A DNA stretch of 16,635 bases from Ginkgo biloba (lineage: Eukaryota; Plantae; Ginkgophyta), in contig JANKJI020000002.1 in NCBI GenBank assembly GCA_024626585.2, positions 139,134,434 to 139,151,068 of the forward strand. The letters run 5' to 3'. Positions 1 through 9,912 of this stretch are shown here, piece by piece. How positions within the stretch are numbered: position 1 is the stretch's first letter; each line of letters begins with the position of its first letter. The translations under genes were made by a program, and so were the position numbers. A model generated the notes under the pieces. It did no database searches, was not told the origin of the DNA, and saw nothing but the letters and a program-made list of their open reading frames with translations.

Positions 1-1064
1 GTCCATAAATATTCTACATTTGATGAGCATACAATTTTTGTCACTAGAACTAATCTACAAGAATAATAACAACTTTTAGAGCACTTTGTCAATTCTCTTA
101 TGAACACTACATTTTGGCATTTAATTCATTTTATTAGAATAGAAACAACAGTACGTGCACAAATAATCCACACAAAGTAACCCATAAAATCCCACAAGAA
201 GTTCCCATGGATTTTATGAAAAATCACCTTGCACCACCACCAACTAGTCGAAGTGGTCCAATATCTATGGTGTATGAGTAAACCAATGAGCATGTAAACA
301 AGAAATATTTACAATTAGGAAAGAAGCACAACTACAAAAATAAATGCTTGACTTATGCAAATGTCATGTTTATACCTTCTAATGGCTTATCAAGCATTGC
401 ATCCCTTGCCGAACGGATGGCAAAGGCAACACCTTCCATTATCTGCTCAATAATGAATGTAATATGTGATTTAAGAGTTGATGGAAAAGAATGAAAAAAC
501 AAATTTACTAAGAAAGAAGTAAATATAAAATCAATGAACTTCTTCAAACCATAGGTTGATGAGAAAAGATAAGAAGTATTGGAAAAGGAAAAATAAAACA
601 CAAGTAGTACTCAAGAAATCATACTTTGATATTGCAAGCCCTAAGAGAAAGAATCCTTTCACAAAGCCAATGTCACCCCTATGAAGAAAGACTAAACATT
701 AATATTATTGCTTCTCAAGTAACATTTTGTTAACTTCTTAGTATGTCAGACCAATTTCCAAACACTACACCTTGACGCCATTAAAACTTCTACCCCTAAA
801 CTCCCCCCTAACATGGTGTTATTAAAACAAGAGTCTCGAATAAGGAAAATGCTCCACCAAAGATTCCAATTACATAATGATGATCACATATGAGGCTTGA
901 GTGCCTTTACATGCTCAAAATGGGCCACCTTAGCCTCACCCTTAAGTCCACCTCTACTTTAAACCTCAATGCACATTTCTAGAGTGCTATTACGTTTACC
1001 CTTAAAAACATGGGCCTACCATTTATATACACTTATTACAACACAATTATATACATAATTTGGG

Positions 1065-1086
1065 CTACACAACACTCCCTTCTTAA
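1065..1086 (-). mobile_element. Polypurine tract and start of a 3' LTR (minus-strand LTR retrotransposon; the LTR runs leftward from 1074, far end undefined)
   Basis: Minus strand reads TTAAGAAGGGAG-TGTTGTGTAG: a purine tract directly followed by a canonical TGT LTR start. No partner LTR is visible. Confidence 0.4.
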
Positions 1087-1199
1087 ATTTAAATTTAAAA
1101 AAGAATGAGCATAGATAAAAAATTTGGCCAAAAAAGATAGATGAATGAGAATGATACCCTAAAGAATATTACCACCGAGATACCATTGATATACCATTT

Positions 1200-1316
1200 T
1201 TAGTTCCCACTAACTTTACATGGCTAACTTTAGGATGGTTCCTTCTCCATAATTCAATATGCAAAGTTGGGATGAATTCAAGAAAATCTTCAGTGCCATA
1301 TTTGGAGGGAAAAACC
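1200..1316 (+). pseudogene. Possible degenerate Ty3/gypsy gag (retrotrans_gag-like) fragment
   Basis: Manual translation across frameshifts gives FPLTLHG..., WFLLHNSI..., SWDEFKKIFSAIF, resembling the gag pattern FP.SL.G.A..WF..L...SI.SW.E....F...F. Short and truncated by an N gap. Confidence 0.3.
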
Positions 1317-1831
1317 NNNNNNNNNNNNNNNNNNNNNNNNNNNNNNNNNNNNNNNAAATATTGCAATAGAAGAACATACAAAGATATGGAAGAAATACTA
1401 CATAACTTGCTTATTATGGGTATACCTATTTCCAACATCATTACCACCCAATCAGTTAGAATGGTACATACAATATGAAAAATGACAAAAATTGCACTAA
1501 AGCACATTCAAAGAATGATTTGCCTCCAAGTGTTCGTACAAATCTCAGACATCAACAATCAATAACATGTTGCAAATGATCACAAGATTATCAAATACTA
1601 AAGAAAAGGTCATACTAAATTGGTGTACTCTATGGTCATCGTCCTCCAACAATATAGTGAAAATTGGACAACATCCGGAGCCAAAGAGAGACGAATGCTA
1701 AAAGAAGAAACTAGGATACAACATGACAAATNNNNNNNNNNNNNNNNNNNNNNNNNNNNNNNNNNNNNNNNNNNNNNNNNNNNNNNNNNNNNNNNNNNNN
1801 NNNNNNNNNNNNNNNNNNNNNNNNNNNNNNN

Positions 1832-2951
1832 GGCGCCAGAAAACATGCAGCAAAGGTTGCGGGCTTTTTTGAGTAAAAAATGCATGTCGTTTGTCGAATG
1901 GATGAGTTCGTTCGACAAACGATACACTGTTGTTCATCAAACGACCGGGTTCGTTCGACGAATGACACAGTCAAAAGTTCTAGACGCGTATCAAACAATA
2001 TCAGCTCGCATTTCTAACCAATTAACGGACAAATGGAGCCTCCAATTATCAATTTTTCTGCAATTCCCTCACTCCATATGCTCTCTTCCATCATTAATAC
2101 TTAAATAAATTCAGCCTGATGTAATCTGGCTGCGGATTAACACCGAGATTGCTAACTGCAATCCAGGGGTTAACACCACCAAGAAGGATTATTTCCTCTA
2201 AAGATCAATCCTATTCAGCAGATCAAACTTGTGGCCTGTTTGAGGAATAAACGGTCACATTTCATAATATCCTAAGTGTGGGAGAAGATGATGGATGGTG
2301 GGTGGTTCAGCTAGTTTGTTTTGCTCCAACCCATTAGTTTTGAACACTATTGAGGAATCACAGTGACTTCATATGTGGAAGAAAGAGTAACTGAGTAGAA
2401 CAATGACTAAGTTCTATTGTTTTTATTTAAATTGTTTAAGAATAGTCTATTCTCAAATTGTTTTCCTTTCTTTAGAGATTACAAGTTTCGTATATGTTCT
2501 ACTCTCCAGATTTCAGTCAATTGACAAAGAAAGTTTCAATAGTATTTTCCAGGGAGATGTCTTTATCTGGGCCCTATATTGTGTTACTTGGAATCATCCA
2601 ATGGTATTATGAGGTGTATTCTCTACTTTTCATGTTGTGGTGATTGGTGAAAGAGGAATAGGACTTTTTGTTTTTTCATGTGTCAACAGTCTTAGATTGG
2701 GTATAGCATGAAATTAGTCTAGGAAATTGGATTTTCAAATTTGTTCTCAATTCAAGTTTATAGTACTAGTATCAGTACTATTGCGTTCTTTTGTTTTTCT
2801 ACAAATTGTACTTGTGAGTTATAATAGTGGTATTCAGACCACTATATTATGTCATTCCTCCCTGAATTTGTAAATTAGGTGTTAATAACAATGCTATTAG
2901 AACCACTGTATTCTATTGTGTTTCTCTGTATTTTATGTTGGGATCATAATA
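1832..2951 (+). mobile_element. Probable 5' LTR (partial) of an LTR retrotransposon, ending just before a PBS
   Basis: Non-coding block with a TATA-like TTAAATAAA at 2101 and a T-rich U5-like 3' half. It ends ...CATAATA (probably a decayed ...AACA) 1 nt before TGGTATCAAAGCC. The left end is lost in the gap. Confidence 0.55.
1885..1970. repeat. Short CpG-rich tandem repeat, ~21-22 bp unit x4 (43-bp dimer)
   Basis: GTTCGTTCGAC occurs at 1906 and 1949, alternating with related TGTCGTTTGTCGAA (1885) and TGTTGTTCATCAAA (1928) units. Confidence 0.6.
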
Positions 2952-2970
2952 GTGGTATCAAAGCCACTAG
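2760..2970 (+). repeat. Array of four ~22-nt hairpin units spaced 64/64/61 bp; the last unit contains the PBS
   Basis: ATAGTACT-agtatc-AGTACTAT (2760), ATAGTGGT-attcag-ACCACTAT (2824), ACAATGCT-attaga-ACCACTGT (2888), ATAGTGGT-atcaaa-GCCACTAG (2949). Confidence 0.65.
2953..2965 (+). promoter_or_regulatory. Primer-binding site complementary to the tRNA-iMet 3' end
   Basis: TGGTATCAAAGCC, one mismatch from the canonical plant PBS TGGTATCAGAGCC. Confidence 0.8.
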
Positions 2971-3925
2971 TTCATCCACCGCAAGAAGTAAAGAATTTTG
3001 GTTTTCAGAATGTCAGGAAGCAGTAGGGGAAACCAGACTAATTCCGAACAAAAATCCTAATTCCAGGCTTGTGCATGAATCTCTTCAAGAAGTTGGTAGA
3101 TTATTGTGTGAGATTGCATAATTAGTCAACAAATCAATATTAATCGGCCTAGAGATAGGGACTGGCAAGGAGATGAACGTATTGNNNNNNNNNNNNNNNN
3201 NNNNNNNNNNNNNNNNNNNNNNNNNNNNNNNNNNNNNNNNNNNNNNNNNNNNNNNNNNNNNNNNNNNNNNNNNNNNNNNNNNNNTCATGATGCAAAGCCC
3301 ACCATTAGCAACTGATTAGCATCTTGTAAAGCAGATATACATGCATTCTTTATGTATGCATTAATAAATCACAAGTATAAAAGAGATTGGGCACATATGA
3401 TAATCTTCATTTGTGCCTTGTAATTCTGTGAATACATATCAACAAGTTCTAGGGCATGTGTCTCACACCTAGCACTAGGCATGTATGCTTGGCACTCACA
3501 TCTAACACACTTACTCTTAATTTTATTATTTCTCTCTCTAAAATCATAAATGACATGACCTTTCATGTGAAATAACATAACCTTGAATGCGCCCTCCGAT
3601 TATTGCTGATCAATGCTTCATTTGTTACTCCTAACAAATGTGCCATGGTTTTCTTGTATTGACATCATTATTACACTAATTAGTTGCCATCCTCTAGGGC
3701 TGGCATTCTCTCCATAATTGTGTTTTAGGTCTGACATTACCCTCGTAGATACATTTCAGTTTATCATGTCATACTGCTGATGCCATGCTGTCTGTACTGT
3801 CTGCAATCTACCATACAGCCTTATAAATGCTGAAGACACGTCATAATTACATCAGAAATACTGATCACTTTGTAAATACACCATAATTGCAACATGAATG
3901 CTGATGTCATGCTAAAAATTGTCCA

Positions 3926-4133
3926 CCAATGGCTGCCTGCCATTTGGCACTCCCAGTTTCTCTGTCACTTGCAACCTGCCACATGGCACGATTATCATCC
4001 TAACAAAGATCAAAAACTGGGAATCAGCAGCAGAATCAACAATTCTGTAGAGTCAGAAGAATGAAACAAAAAAGAAAGGGAAAAAAAGGGGGAAAAAGTA
4101 TAAAGGGTTGGATATGTGACCTCAAAACCCTTT
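3926..4133 (+). promoter_or_regulatory. Putative LTR-type promoter region (CCAAT, two G-box-like palindromes, TATA box)
   Basis: CCAAT at 3926, TGCCATTTGGCA at 3938, TGCCACATGGCA at 3977 (one transition from the G-box palindrome TGCCACGTGGCA), a purine-rich run, then TATAAA at 4099-4104. No LTR termini were identified. Confidence 0.35.
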
Positions 4134-5316
4134 TGATCATGCTTGGATTTCACAGATTTTGGCTTGTCTTGACAGTAAGAGCCTAAAAAGGAAATTCCAA
4201 AGTTTCAGATGGTGGACAAAAATGAAGGGAAGCGAGATCTTGTGATATACTCTGTTATTTTGCAGCATTACAGAAAGTCCACGGCTAGTGATGTTGCTCA
4301 GAACAAGGTCAGGAAGAGGGTTTTTGTTACTGAGACACTCGTGGGTTTAGGCATCAACAGCCAGAGCTTCATCCTTGAGTTTTTAACTTTTTTGGTTTTT
4401 TATCCTTTATTTCTTTTGCATTTTTAATCTAATCATTGAATGATATTTCCCTGATTTAACCGAATTCAATAATGGGTGGATGCATCTCTGAATGTATGAC
4501 AAGAAGTTAGCTACACTGTTAATCAAGCAAATATCTGAAGACATTCATTAAATTTGGGATCTATCAAAAATCTATAATGCACAGAGAATCAATGGCAGTA
4601 ACTTGTTAGTGTTTCCAGCATTTAGATATTAGAGCACGATGGTATAATAATTCTTTGCTTCTGAATATTTGATTCTCAAATTGTATTAGAATCTTTCGCG
4701 TCTTCAGTTTTTTGTTAGTTTGCAAGTTTGATTTCAAATTTTATGTTCATTAACTGTCTTGGTCAGTTCCTCACATACTGCAATAATAAATGGTTTTTGA
4801 AATACAAGCACCAAAATCAGCCTTTAGATGGCCAGTTAGAGAGTAGGTATAGATTTCAGTAACAATAGATTAAAGTTTAAATACCTAAAGTTCTATATAA
4901 TAGTGGAAGTAGTGCCTTTAATATGAATTTGCCAGCTCTAGTAAATGTGCAATTCTAGCTACTTTCCCTACTCTCCACTTAGTTANNNNNNNNNNNNNNN
5001 NNNNNNCTTGAAGGCATCCTTTTTAGCAAATAAAGTGTAGCAAACACAAATGCATGCATTTGCACACACAAGTAGTCTTGACTCTCCAGTTCTTTTATTA
5101 ATAATCGAAAAATACAATAAAGACTGATTATGTTTCATTCACTGGAATCTCTTTTAAAAGCAATTAGAGAGGATGAAAGATTCCTTACTGAACGAAACAT
5201 ATCCTCTGAAGACGTANNNNNNNNNNNNNNNNNNNNNNNNNNNNNNNNNNNNNNNNNNNNNNNNNNNNNNNNNNNNNNNNNNNNNNNNNNNNNNNNNNNN
5301 NNNNNNNNNNNNNNNN

Positions 5317-6000
5317 AAACAGGAGCAGCAAATTTGAGCAAGGATGACTTGGGTCATATGACATCTAATTGAGTTTGGACCCATTCTATTCGATGCCCCT
5401 CTAACAGCCAATTTCAACAATATATAATACTTCATATTTTGGAATCCAGATGACATTAGAAGGTCAACTTTGAGGTCAATCCTTATGCTAAAATTTTGGA
5501 AGAACCATAAGTTGCAAAGCCAAAACACATAATAACTTTGAGGCTCAACAATGAGTCAAATGACTCTGATTGACTTCCAACTTGTTCCATTAGATGCCCT
5601 TTCAAAGACAATTTCAATGATATATGATACTTAGTATTTTGGACTTTGCACACAGCTAGAAGGTCCACTTTTGTGATCAGTCCTTTTGTTGAAATTCTAC
5701 AAAATCCAGAATTTGGAAAGCCGAAAAACAAACAGTAACTTTGAGGCCTAACGACTTGGGTAAAATGTAAAATGAACTACAACTGAGTCCTAACATGTTC
5801 CTTTGAAAGCACCTCTAAAGAAGGATTTTAATGAAATATGATACTTGGCATTATGGACTTCAATCAGAGCCAAAAGTTCTTTGTTTTTTAATCAGTTTTG
5901 CTGAAATTTTGTATAATTGAAGCAAAAAGTAGAAATTGCAGTGCAAAAACATAAGCAATAGTTTTCAAGGAGAGTGACTCAGGTCAAATGTGATGACTAC
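5317..6000. repeat. Diverged tandem (satellite-like) repeat, ~200-220 bp unit, ~3.3 copies
   Basis: Recurring anchors: GATGCCC at 5392/5593; ATTTCAA(C/T).ATATAT.ATACTT at ~5410/5610/5825; GACTTGGGT.A.ATG-like at ~5346/5552/5753/5976; TAACTTTGAGGC at ~5533/5737. Confidence 0.85.
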
Positions 6001-6028
6001 GCACTCCCAAATTACAAACCTAGATTAA

Positions 6029-6470
6029 TGTTGAGATTGCAGAACTATTCCATGCACCAAGCAATGAGAAATTGGAAGTCAGAAACAATATGAGATTCTC
6101 ATTTATACATTGGAAGAATGCATAAGGGGATCATCCAAAGATCATAACAATGTATGCAATGATGCTCATGCCAATAAAAAATAATACGGGGTCCTTTATA
6201 GGGTAAGGGAAACCCCGTACAAGGTAGTGGGTGGTCATTGGCAACAGTTTGCATACCGACAACTACCCTTGATAAATAATGGAAGCAATGTAAGTTATTC
6301 CATACATAATGTATTGGATGATCATTAGGGCACCTAAGCGTTGTCTAGTAATCGGACATCGTGGTCCTACTATCTCCCACTAACGTCCTATGTCAACTAA
6401 GGTTGATCTAAACTTATACAAAATGTTGAGCCTAATTAGAAAATAACTGCTAACATCTACGCCCTCCTCT
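6029..6470 (-). mobile_element. 3' LTR (~430 bp) with adjacent PPT of a minus-strand LTR retrotransposon
   Basis: Bounded by TGTTG at 6029 and TAACA at 6451-6455 (TG...CA). Minus-strand TATA CCCTATAAAGG at ~6193-6203 and PPT AGAGGAGGG (minus) at 6462-6470. The inner boundary is uncertain (6455 or 6461). Confidence 0.65.
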
Positions 6471-6599
6471 AAACTTGAGCACCCCACTCAAGAAAAGAAC
6501 TGAGTAGAAGGGGGAGAAAAATGATAAGAGAGTGATAGTGAAGCAATGCCAAGGACGTAAGTTGAGTTTGGAGTGCTTGTTGCAATTAGGTAGAGCTAG

Positions 6600-7050
6600 G
6601 AAGATGCTGCATTAGGTGCCTCTTGTCCTCAAATGCTAGCCAGATCCTTCTCTAACTGAGAAATCTTCTTGACCATAATGTTAGCTGCCTATGTTGTCTT
6701 TGCTCATTGGCATAATTCCTTGGACTGTTTTTGTTCCATCCCTATAAGTTGTTATTGATGCTCGATTACAAGTTGTTGTCATTCAACCTCCAACGTTATC
6801 CTTAGTTGGGACAACTACTCCTTCAAGGCACATTTATCCTACTCTTGCTATCTTCAATGCTCCTCTTGCAAATAATCGTGTTGCTACTTCTACCATTTTT
6901 GTCACTTAGATTCCAACTGTGCCTATTGCTATGGTCGAAGAGTGACCAACTCAGTCCCCGCTCAATTTGGACTGCCTATTGCTCTCCTGCCTCTATTACC
7001 TATGCTAACTCTACTCGGACATCCTCTAACTCCTACTTTGCCTTTAATGG
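6600..7050 (-). pseudogene. Fossil Q/E/R/K-rich coiled-coil ORF in the 3' internal region of the retrotransposon
   Basis: Manual translation: LKAK*ELEDVRVELA*VIEAGEQ*AVQIE, then a frameshift near 6958, then ELVTLRP*Q*AQLESK*QKW*K*QHDYLQEEH*R*QE*DKCALKE*LSQLRITLEVE*QQLVIEHQ*QLIGMEQKQSKELCQ*AKTT*AANIMVKKISQLEKDLASI*GQEAP. Stops are nearly all TAG/TGA. Confidence 0.6.
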
Positions 7051-7140
7051 TCATGCATGTCTACAATCTGCTCCATGTAATAAATGTTGCACTCCAAGGA
7101 CACCCATCTCAATTTTTCATGAAGGTCGAGCGAATAAATC

Positions 7141-7247
7141 TGTCAACAACAGTCAAAGGCGGTCAAACAACAGTCAACGTGGTCAAACAACAGTCAACGT
7201 AGTCAAACAACATTCAAAGCGGTCAAACAACAGTCAAAGTAGTCAAA
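7141..7247. repeat. Minisatellite, 20-bp unit GGTCAAACAACAGTCAA(C/A)G(T/C), ~5.3 copies
   Basis: Units start at 7141, 7161, 7181, 7201, 7221 and 7241; the 7161 and 7181 units are identical. Confidence 0.95.
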
Positions 7248-7825
7248 ACTGCTAAATCAACGCATTTATTAGTAAAAGAGGAAGTACAATTGCATTTAAT
7301 GAGGTACAGTCAACTTAAATAAGGTTGTACGACTCATTTATGAGGCTCAACCAACCTTAAAGTATAAGTATGATGTCAACCATCACAAATGCTAAGGACA
7401 ACCACATTTATTATAAAGGATAGTCAAATTTAAGTATAATTATGATATGGTCAAAGGTTGGTAAATACCTTAGTCAACCTATTGTACAAATTTATGATAT
7501 CATCATTAAGAAAATTGACCTCTAATATAGAATTATGACATCAACATAAGTTAAGGTACGATTTAACCAAGTCAAATCGATCAATTTCATCTTAGGGTTG
7601 CCTAAAAGTCATATTTATTGCTAAAATGGCATGTTTAATGCCTAAAATAACTGTCATTAATTAGGAGAGAAAAATATATGACCATGACCTAATTTTAAGA
7701 AAGGACATGTTATTTCATTTATTATGAGAGAGAAAAGGTATAAAAGGGGTCATTTATGACCTAAAAAATTATGTGAGAGCCAAGTAATAACATTTAATGC
7801 TAGATTACAAAAATATTCTATTTAA
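7248..7825 (+). mobile_element. Probable LTR U3-like non-coding sequence of a different element
   Basis: AT-rich with recurring GTCAA/TATGA(T/C) motifs, a GAGA tract and TATAAAAGGGG at 7739. Truncated by the gap, no termini seen. Confidence 0.35.
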
Positions 7826-8235
7826 NNNNNNNNNNNNNNNNNNNNNNNNNNNNNNNNNNNNNNNNNNNNNNNNNNNNNNNNNNNNNNNNNNNNNNNNNNN
7901 NNNNNNNNNNNNNNNNNNNNNNNNNGAAAGGTGGTTCCTTAGGTTGTATTAACCACAAGCTTCTATTTGTCGATTTTTTCCCCTATAATGATCCCACCAT
8001 TAAGTTGATCCAACATCTGTAATACAATTGTATTAGCATCGTAATAATCCTTTGTCTTAGAGACATCTTTTAATGTTAAGTGACAAGTGTTGCTTAAAGA
8101 ATCTCTTAAGGATTTCTTGGGCTCACTTCTCATNNNNNNNNNNNNNNNNNNNNNNNNNNNNNNNNNNNNNNNNNNNNNNNNNNNNNNNNNNNNNNNNNNN
8201 NNNNNNNNNNNNNNNNNNNNNNNNNNNNNNNNNNN

Positions 8236-8300
8236 AATATCTTCTTGGCCCACTTTTCATGGTTGACTTAGTAAATGTTTGTGCTGTGACATCTCTCCCC
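8236..8300 (-). mobile_element. PPT and start of the 3' LTR of a chromovirus-type Ty3/gypsy element
   Basis: Minus strand reads TTGAGGACAATGATCTTTGCAGTGT-GGGGAGAGA-TGTCACAGC directly after the chromodomain. The LTR starts at 8291 and runs into the N gap. Confidence 0.75.
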
Positions 8301-8339
8301 ACACTGCAAAGATCATTGTCCTCAATGAGGCACACTTCT

Positions 8340-8815
8340 CTTGTGGAAGGTGTTAATTCCCAAGTGGCCTCCTCCTATGGTTTATTGGAGTACACTAAAT
8401 ATTCTGTGATGTCTTTGTTTCTCAATCTTTTTGTTCTTTCATCCAACATACCAATTGGATCATAACTCTCTTGCTCCACCTCTTGAACATCCACATATGT
8501 AGGTAACAAATTGTCAAATCTGAATAATGATTTTTTCACATAGCTTACATGGAATACTCGATGTAGCTTAACATGATCTAGGAGTTGCAATTTGCAAGTT
8601 ACTTCATTTATCTTCTCTACCAATTGGAATGGTCCACAAAATTGAGGCGATAACTTTGTCAACTACCCTGTTGATAAGGAGCTATTTGGATTGACACAGA
8701 GATATACCATATCCCTCATCTTAAAATTTCTTGGTGATTTGTGTTGATTTGCATACAATTTATTACGTGGTTGAGCTCTTAATATATTTTTGTAGCATTC
8801 TCTTAGTTTCTGCAT
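8340..8815 (-). pseudogene. Ty3/gypsy (chromovirus) integrase C-terminus with GPF/GPY module and chromodomain, degenerate
   Basis: RAQPRNKLYANQHKSPRNFKMRDMVYL...KLSPQFCGPFQLVEKINEVTCKLQLLDHVKLHRVFHVSYVKK...PIGMLDERTKRLRNKDITEYLVYSNKP*EEATWE; in-frame stops are present. Confidence 0.92.
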
Positions 8816-8823
8816 ATAGTATA

Positions 8824-9005
8824 TTACGGTTTAACATATACCGCCTCATCAATGGTGCCATTTAGGAAAGCAGTACATACATCCATTGGAACAAGATTCC
8901 ATCTATGAAAGGAAGCAAGTGCAAGTACTATCATAATTGTAGAATAACGTGCAACAAGAGAAAAAGTCTCCTCAAAGTCTATACCTAATTTTTTTTCTCT
9001 GTTCA
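8824..9005 (-). pseudogene. Ty1/copia reverse transcriptase fragment (RVT_2)
   Basis: GIDFEETFSLVARYSTIMIVLALASFHRWNLVPMDVCTAFLNGTIDEAVYVKP matches the copia consensus GIDY.ETFAPVAR..TIR..LA.A....W.L.QMDVKTAFLNG.L.EEVY..QP. Confidence 0.95.
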
Positions 9006-9014
9006 AAAGAGTGA

Positions 9015-9432
9015 TTCTATTAATTAGAAAAATTGCAATCATATACAACAAAACTGGGCGGCTTTAGGCACACCCACAGAAAGTCACAGGAACCTATAAA
9101 CTCTGTCAAAGATCAGGAATAGACAAAAATCAGGCACTTATAAACTGTGCCGAGAGCTAAGACCAAATATAAAAAAAACAGAGCCAAAAGTTAGTTAAAT
9201 AGGGGGGACTGAGCTATCTCATTCAAGGTCTCTCCAACCACCCCAACCATTTTTTTTACAAGCATCATCCCTAGAGCAGGGAATAGACCAATCAAAAGGG
9301 ACTTTCCCTTTCCTAGGAGAAATAGCAAGCTCCAGAGTGGGGGCATTTTCCCAACCATCGGATTTTCCAACTAGAGGAGGAGATCTGGGTGCAGACTGCC
9401 CTCTTCCACGCTGCCCTCCCTAAGAAAGCCTA
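9015..9432 (-). mobile_element. Possible 3' end of a LINE-like (non-LTR) insertion interrupting the copia RT
   Basis: On the minus strand a more GC-rich segment is followed by a T-rich UTR-like stretch ending ...TTTCTAATTAATAGAA, just before copia homology begins. No diagnostic protein motif and no clear poly(A) tail. Confidence 0.25.
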
Positions 9433-9912
9433 NNNNNNNNNNNNNNNNNNNNNNNNNNNNNNNNNNNNNNNNNNNNNNNNNNNNNNNNNNNNNNNNNNNN
9501 NNNNNNNNNNNNNNNNNNNNNNNNNNNNNNNNATGTTAAATCACTCTAGCTAAAGTCAGTGAAATCATGTTGTCTAGCTGATATCAGGATGTTCTAACAA
9601 TGTTGATGAAGAGATAGAAAGGTCTACCTCAACCTTCGTCAGTGAGCCAACTCGTATCGATGTAGACCATTATCGATGGTTTGACTCATGTTAGAGCACT
9701 ATCCTCTATTGATATCGATGTTGATGAAGGGTTATGTCAGTGATGACCAAAACCTCTCTAATACTCGTGGATGAGCCATCTCATGTCAATGTTGGTCTGG
9801 GCCATTTTTGACATGCATAATTTTTCCCGTCTAATACTCCCACACACCTAAATATTTGTCTTGTCTTGAGACAAGGTGACAATGTTAAAATTCTCAAGCC
9901 AACATGAATCCT

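Noticed and set aside
1832-1840. GGCGCC after the gap as a second PBS (TGGCGCC type)
   Set aside because: Only 6 nt match, the preceding base is N, and the downstream sequence looks like LTR interior.
2760-2970. CRISPR array (palindromic repeats with ~64-bp period)
   Set aside because: The repeats are too divergent, the spacers are similar T-rich sequence, there are no cas genes, the context is plant retrotransposon DNA, and the last unit is a tRNA-iMet PBS.
5154-5731. Two similar minus-strand ORFs suggesting duplicated genes
   Set aside because: The similarity simply reflects the ~200-bp tandem repeat.
6806-7255. 149-aa plus-strand ORF with a Leu-rich, signal-peptide-like N-terminus
   Set aside because: It is the antisense shadow of the Q/E-rich fossil ORF plus the translated 20-bp minisatellite, and it has a non-ATG start.
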